Of a stretch of 64,000 nucleotides of DNA, positions 61,336 to 64,000 are shown piece by piece. Position numbers and translations under genes: made by a program. Each line of letters begins with the position of its first letter. Positions within the stretch are counted from its first letter, which is position 1. The notes under the pieces were generated by a model. It was not told the DNA's origin, did not search any database, and saw only the letters and a list, made by a program, of their open reading frames with translations. The stretch covers positions 544,001-608,000 of the forward strand of contig CBDCXR010000004.1 of the NCBI GenBank assembly GCA_965223845.1, read 5' to 3'. Origin of the DNA: Planctomycetota bacterium. Lineage in GTDB: Bacteria > Planctomycetota > UBA8108 > SXIK01.

Positions 61336-62667
61336 ATGCCAACCGATGCGGACCTCCAGTTCGGACGACTCGCGATCAAGCACAAAGTCGTTTCGGAGGA
61401 GAAGGTCAAGGAGTGTCTCGCGATCTTGCAGAAGGCCGGAAACGGCCTGAGTCTCGGCGAGGTCCTCCTCCGAAAGGGATACATCACGCAGAAACACTTC
61501 GCCGCGCTGACACGAGCTGCGTCGAAGCCGGCTGCGCCGGCGAAGACGCCGGCGGATCTCGATCGCGATGCCCGGCAAGTGATGACGGCGCAGGAGGTCG
61601 CGGCGGCCGACTACTCGGGGCTCGCCGGAAAACCGATCGACGCGTACCTCGAGGAGGCGCGTCGCGTGGGGGCGTCGGACTTCCACTTTCAGGTCGACGC
61701 GCCGCCTTATTTCCGCGTACACGGCCAAATCGTCTACCTGAAGCATCCCGTGCTCAGCGCCGACGCGACGCAGGCGGCGGTGAAAGACTTCCTCGACGAG
61801 AAGCAGTGGCGAGAGCTCAGCGATCACATGAGCGTCGATTTCTGCTACGAGTCCGAGCACGGTCGCTACCGCGCGAACGTCTTCCGTCAGCGAAAAGGGT
61901 TCGACTCGGTGTTTCGCATCATTCCGCGTGAACTGCCGACGGTCGAGAGCCTCCACCTCCCGGAGGTGATCAAGAAATTCTGCGACTACCGCCACGGAAT
62001 CGTCCTCCTCACCGGTCCGGCGGGCTGTGGCAAGACGGCGACGATGGCGGCGCTCGTTCAGATCATCAACAAGAGCCGAAACGACCACATCGTGATGGTC
62101 GAGGATCCGATCGAGTACCTCATCGAGAGCGAAGGCTGCAACGTAAACCAGCGCCACGTTCACGTTCACACCGACAGCTTTGCGACGGCGCTCCGGTCGG
62201 CGATGCGCGCCGACCCGGACTACATCTGCGTCGGCGAGATGCGCGACCTCGAGACGGTCTCGATGGCGATCACCGCCGCGGAGACGGGCCACCTCGTCTT
62301 CGGAACGCTGCATACTCAGAACGCGACGCGGTCGGTCGATCGAATCATCGATGTCTTCCCGCCGAAGGAGCAGGAACAGATCCGCGCGATGGTGTCGGAG
62401 TCGCTCCGCGGCGTGGTCTCCCAGCAGCTCCTCCCGCGCGCGGACGGCCGCGGGCGCGAGCCGGCGGCGGAGATCATGTTCGCGACGTCGGCGGTGCGGA
62501 ACCTCATCCGCGAACGAAAGACCTTCCAGCTTCCCTCGGTCATCCAGACCGGCCTCAAGCAGGGAATGGTGAGCATGGACGACGCGATCGGCGACCTTCT
62601 CCGCCGGCAAGTGATAACGAAGGAGACCGCGCGCTTCCACGCGGAGAATCCGGCGCGATTTGACTAG
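61336..62667 (+). CDS. pilT: PilT/PilU family ATPase with N-terminal MshEN-like extension
   Basis: ASDFH, RYRAN.F, GPAGCGKT, EDPIEY, RADPD...VGEMRD.ET, AETGHLV.GTLH, AVRNLIRE. Confidence 0.9.
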   Translation: MPTDADLQFGRLAIKHKVVSEEKVKECLAILQKAGNGLSLGEVLLRKGYITQKHFAALTRAASKPAAPAKTPADLDRDARQVMTAQEVAAADYSGLAGKPIDAYLEEARRVGASDFHFQVDAPPYFRVHGQIVYLKHPVLSADATQAAVKDFLDEKQWRELSDHMSVDFCYESEHGRYRANVFRQRKGFDSVFRIIPRELPTVESLHLPEVIKKFCDYRHGIVLLTGPAGCGKTATMAALVQIINKSRNDHIVMVEDPIEYLIESEGCNVNQRHVHVHTDSFATALRSAMRADPDYICVGEMRDLETVSMAITAAETGHLVFGTLHTQNATRSVDRIIDVFPPKEQEQIRAMVSESLRGVVSQQLLPRADGRGREPAAEIMFATSAVRNLIRERKTFQLPSVIQTGLKQGMVSMDDAIGDLLRRQVITKETARFHAENPARFD

Positions 62668-62761
62668 GCGCGCCTCGCCGCCGCGTGAGTGACCGCGGGA
62701 CGATGATGCTCGCGACCGAAGCTGACGGAAGATCGATAGAGACTGCGAACGGATCGATACG

Positions 62762-63820
62762 ATGGCCAAAATCGACGCCTACCTGAACAAGCTCGCCGAG
62801 GTGAACGGCTCGGACCTCCACCTCACCTCGTTCGTCCCACCGAAGATTCGCGTGCACGGCTTGCTGCGAGCGATCAGTGACCGCTCTCTCGAGCCGGACA
62901 CTCTCCGCGAGATGCTCTACGAGATCCTCGACGAGCGTCGCGCCGAGATCTATCGCGAGCGCAACGACCTCGATCTCGCGTACGAGCTTCCGGGCATCGC
63001 GCGTTTTCGCGTCAATATGTCGATCACCCGGAACGGACCGGCGGCGGTGTTCCGATTGATTCCGGCCGAGATCACACCGCTCGAGCAGCTGAACGTCCCG
63101 ATGCAGATCCTCGACTTCACCGAGCTTCGGAGCGGGCTCATCCTCGTCACGGGGCCGACGGGCAGCGGTAAGTCGACGACGCTCGCGGCGCTCCTCGATC
63201 ACGTCAACCGGACGAAGCGCCGCCACGTGATCACGATCGAGGAGCCGATCGAATTCGTGCACAAGAACCGCAGGAGCTTTTTCTCCCAGCGGGAAGTCGG
63301 CGAGGACGCGGAGTCGTTTGCGAGCGCTCTTCGCGCCGCCACGCGGGAGGATCCGGATATCGTGCTCGTCGGCGAGCTCCGCGACCCCGAGACGATCGGG
63401 CTCGCGATCACCGCGGCGGAGATGGGCTGTCTCGTCTTCGCGACGCTCCATACGAACTCCGCGGCGAAGACGGTCGACCGCATCATCGACGTCTTTCCGG
63501 AATCGCAGCAGAACCAGATTCGCACCATGCTCGCCGAGACGCTGAAAGGTGTCTGCGCGCAGTTGCTCCTCCCGCGCGCCGACAAGGGGCGCGTGCCGGT
63601 GAACGAGATCCTCACCGGCTCCTTCGCCCTCAGTAGCGTGATCCGGGAAGGATCCGTGTCGAAGATCGTCTCGATCATCGAGGGGGGGCGTGGAGCGGGC
63701 ATGCAGCTCATGGACGACGCGATCATGGATCGCCTCAAAGCTGGCGAGATCTCGGGCGAGACCGCGTATCTCTTCGCGTCCAACAAGCCGCGCTTCGAGC
63801 GCTTCGCGAAGACCGCGTAG
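62762..63820 (+). CDS. pilT: Type IV pilus retraction ATPase PilT family
   Basis: GSDLHL, RFRVN, GPTGSGKST, EEPIEF, QREVG, REDPDIVLVGELRD.ET, TLHTNSA. Confidence 0.93.
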   Translation: MAKIDAYLNKLAEVNGSDLHLTSFVPPKIRVHGLLRAISDRSLEPDTLREMLYEILDERRAEIYRERNDLDLAYELPGIARFRVNMSITRNGPAAVFRLIPAEITPLEQLNVPMQILDFTELRSGLILVTGPTGSGKSTTLAALLDHVNRTKRRHVITIEEPIEFVHKNRRSFFSQREVGEDAESFASALRAATREDPDIVLVGELRDPETIGLAITAAEMGCLVFATLHTNSAAKTVDRIIDVFPESQQNQIRTMLAETLKGVCAQLLLPRADKGRVPVNEILTGSFALSSVIREGSVSKIVSIIEGGRGAGMQLMDDAIMDRLKAGEISGETAYLFASNKPRFERFAKTA

Positions 63821-64000
63821 CACCGCGACGAGCCGCGGCCAAAGCCCGGGCTTCTCAGCGGATTCAGTGAGCGAGCCAGCGAGCCACCACAAGGTGCGCG
63901 TGGACGAGGAAGTGGCGCGGCACGGACCGGAGGTGTGCTCATTCCGCAGTTCGGATCTGCGTGCGACGCATCCGTGGCTCGATTCGCGTCTCGCGGTGGC

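Noticed and set aside
63930-64000. Start of a further gene after GGAGG
   Set aside because: Too little sequence before the window edge to support a call.

Overview
High-GC (roughly 68-70% by eye) bacterial chromosomal window, most likely from a Planctomycetota-type organism. This is inferred from a C-terminal FIRGDCDGDG dockerin-like domain, a DUF1570 protein and a Zn-ribbon SpoVG. Most of the window is housekeeping and envelope genes: ruvB-tgt-yajC-secDF, eno-ftsB-like-fliM-like, psd-pssA-folK-panC-ispE-spoVG, kdsA, lpxK, hldE and two pilT-family genes. Accessory loci include a VKOR-DsbA/HEAT/lysyl-oxidase/GH97 cluster and a rhodanese-TauE-persulfide dioxygenase sulfur operon. The most notable signals are five. 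(1) A signal-peptide-bearing ORF ending in RAPP between yajC and secDF, a candidate secretion-monitoring ribosome arrest peptide. (2) A lower-GC island remnant at the 3' end of tRNA-Lys(CTT) with a P-loop ATPase and a Schlafen/AlbA_2 gene, a candidate defence pair. (3) A 14-copy 17-bp quasi-palindromic tandem array. (4) A secreted HEAT + alpha/beta-hydrolase that appears to have lost its whole catalytic triad. (5) A tRNA-Arg with the uncommon UCG anticodon. All family calls come from motif recognition by eye; no searches were run.
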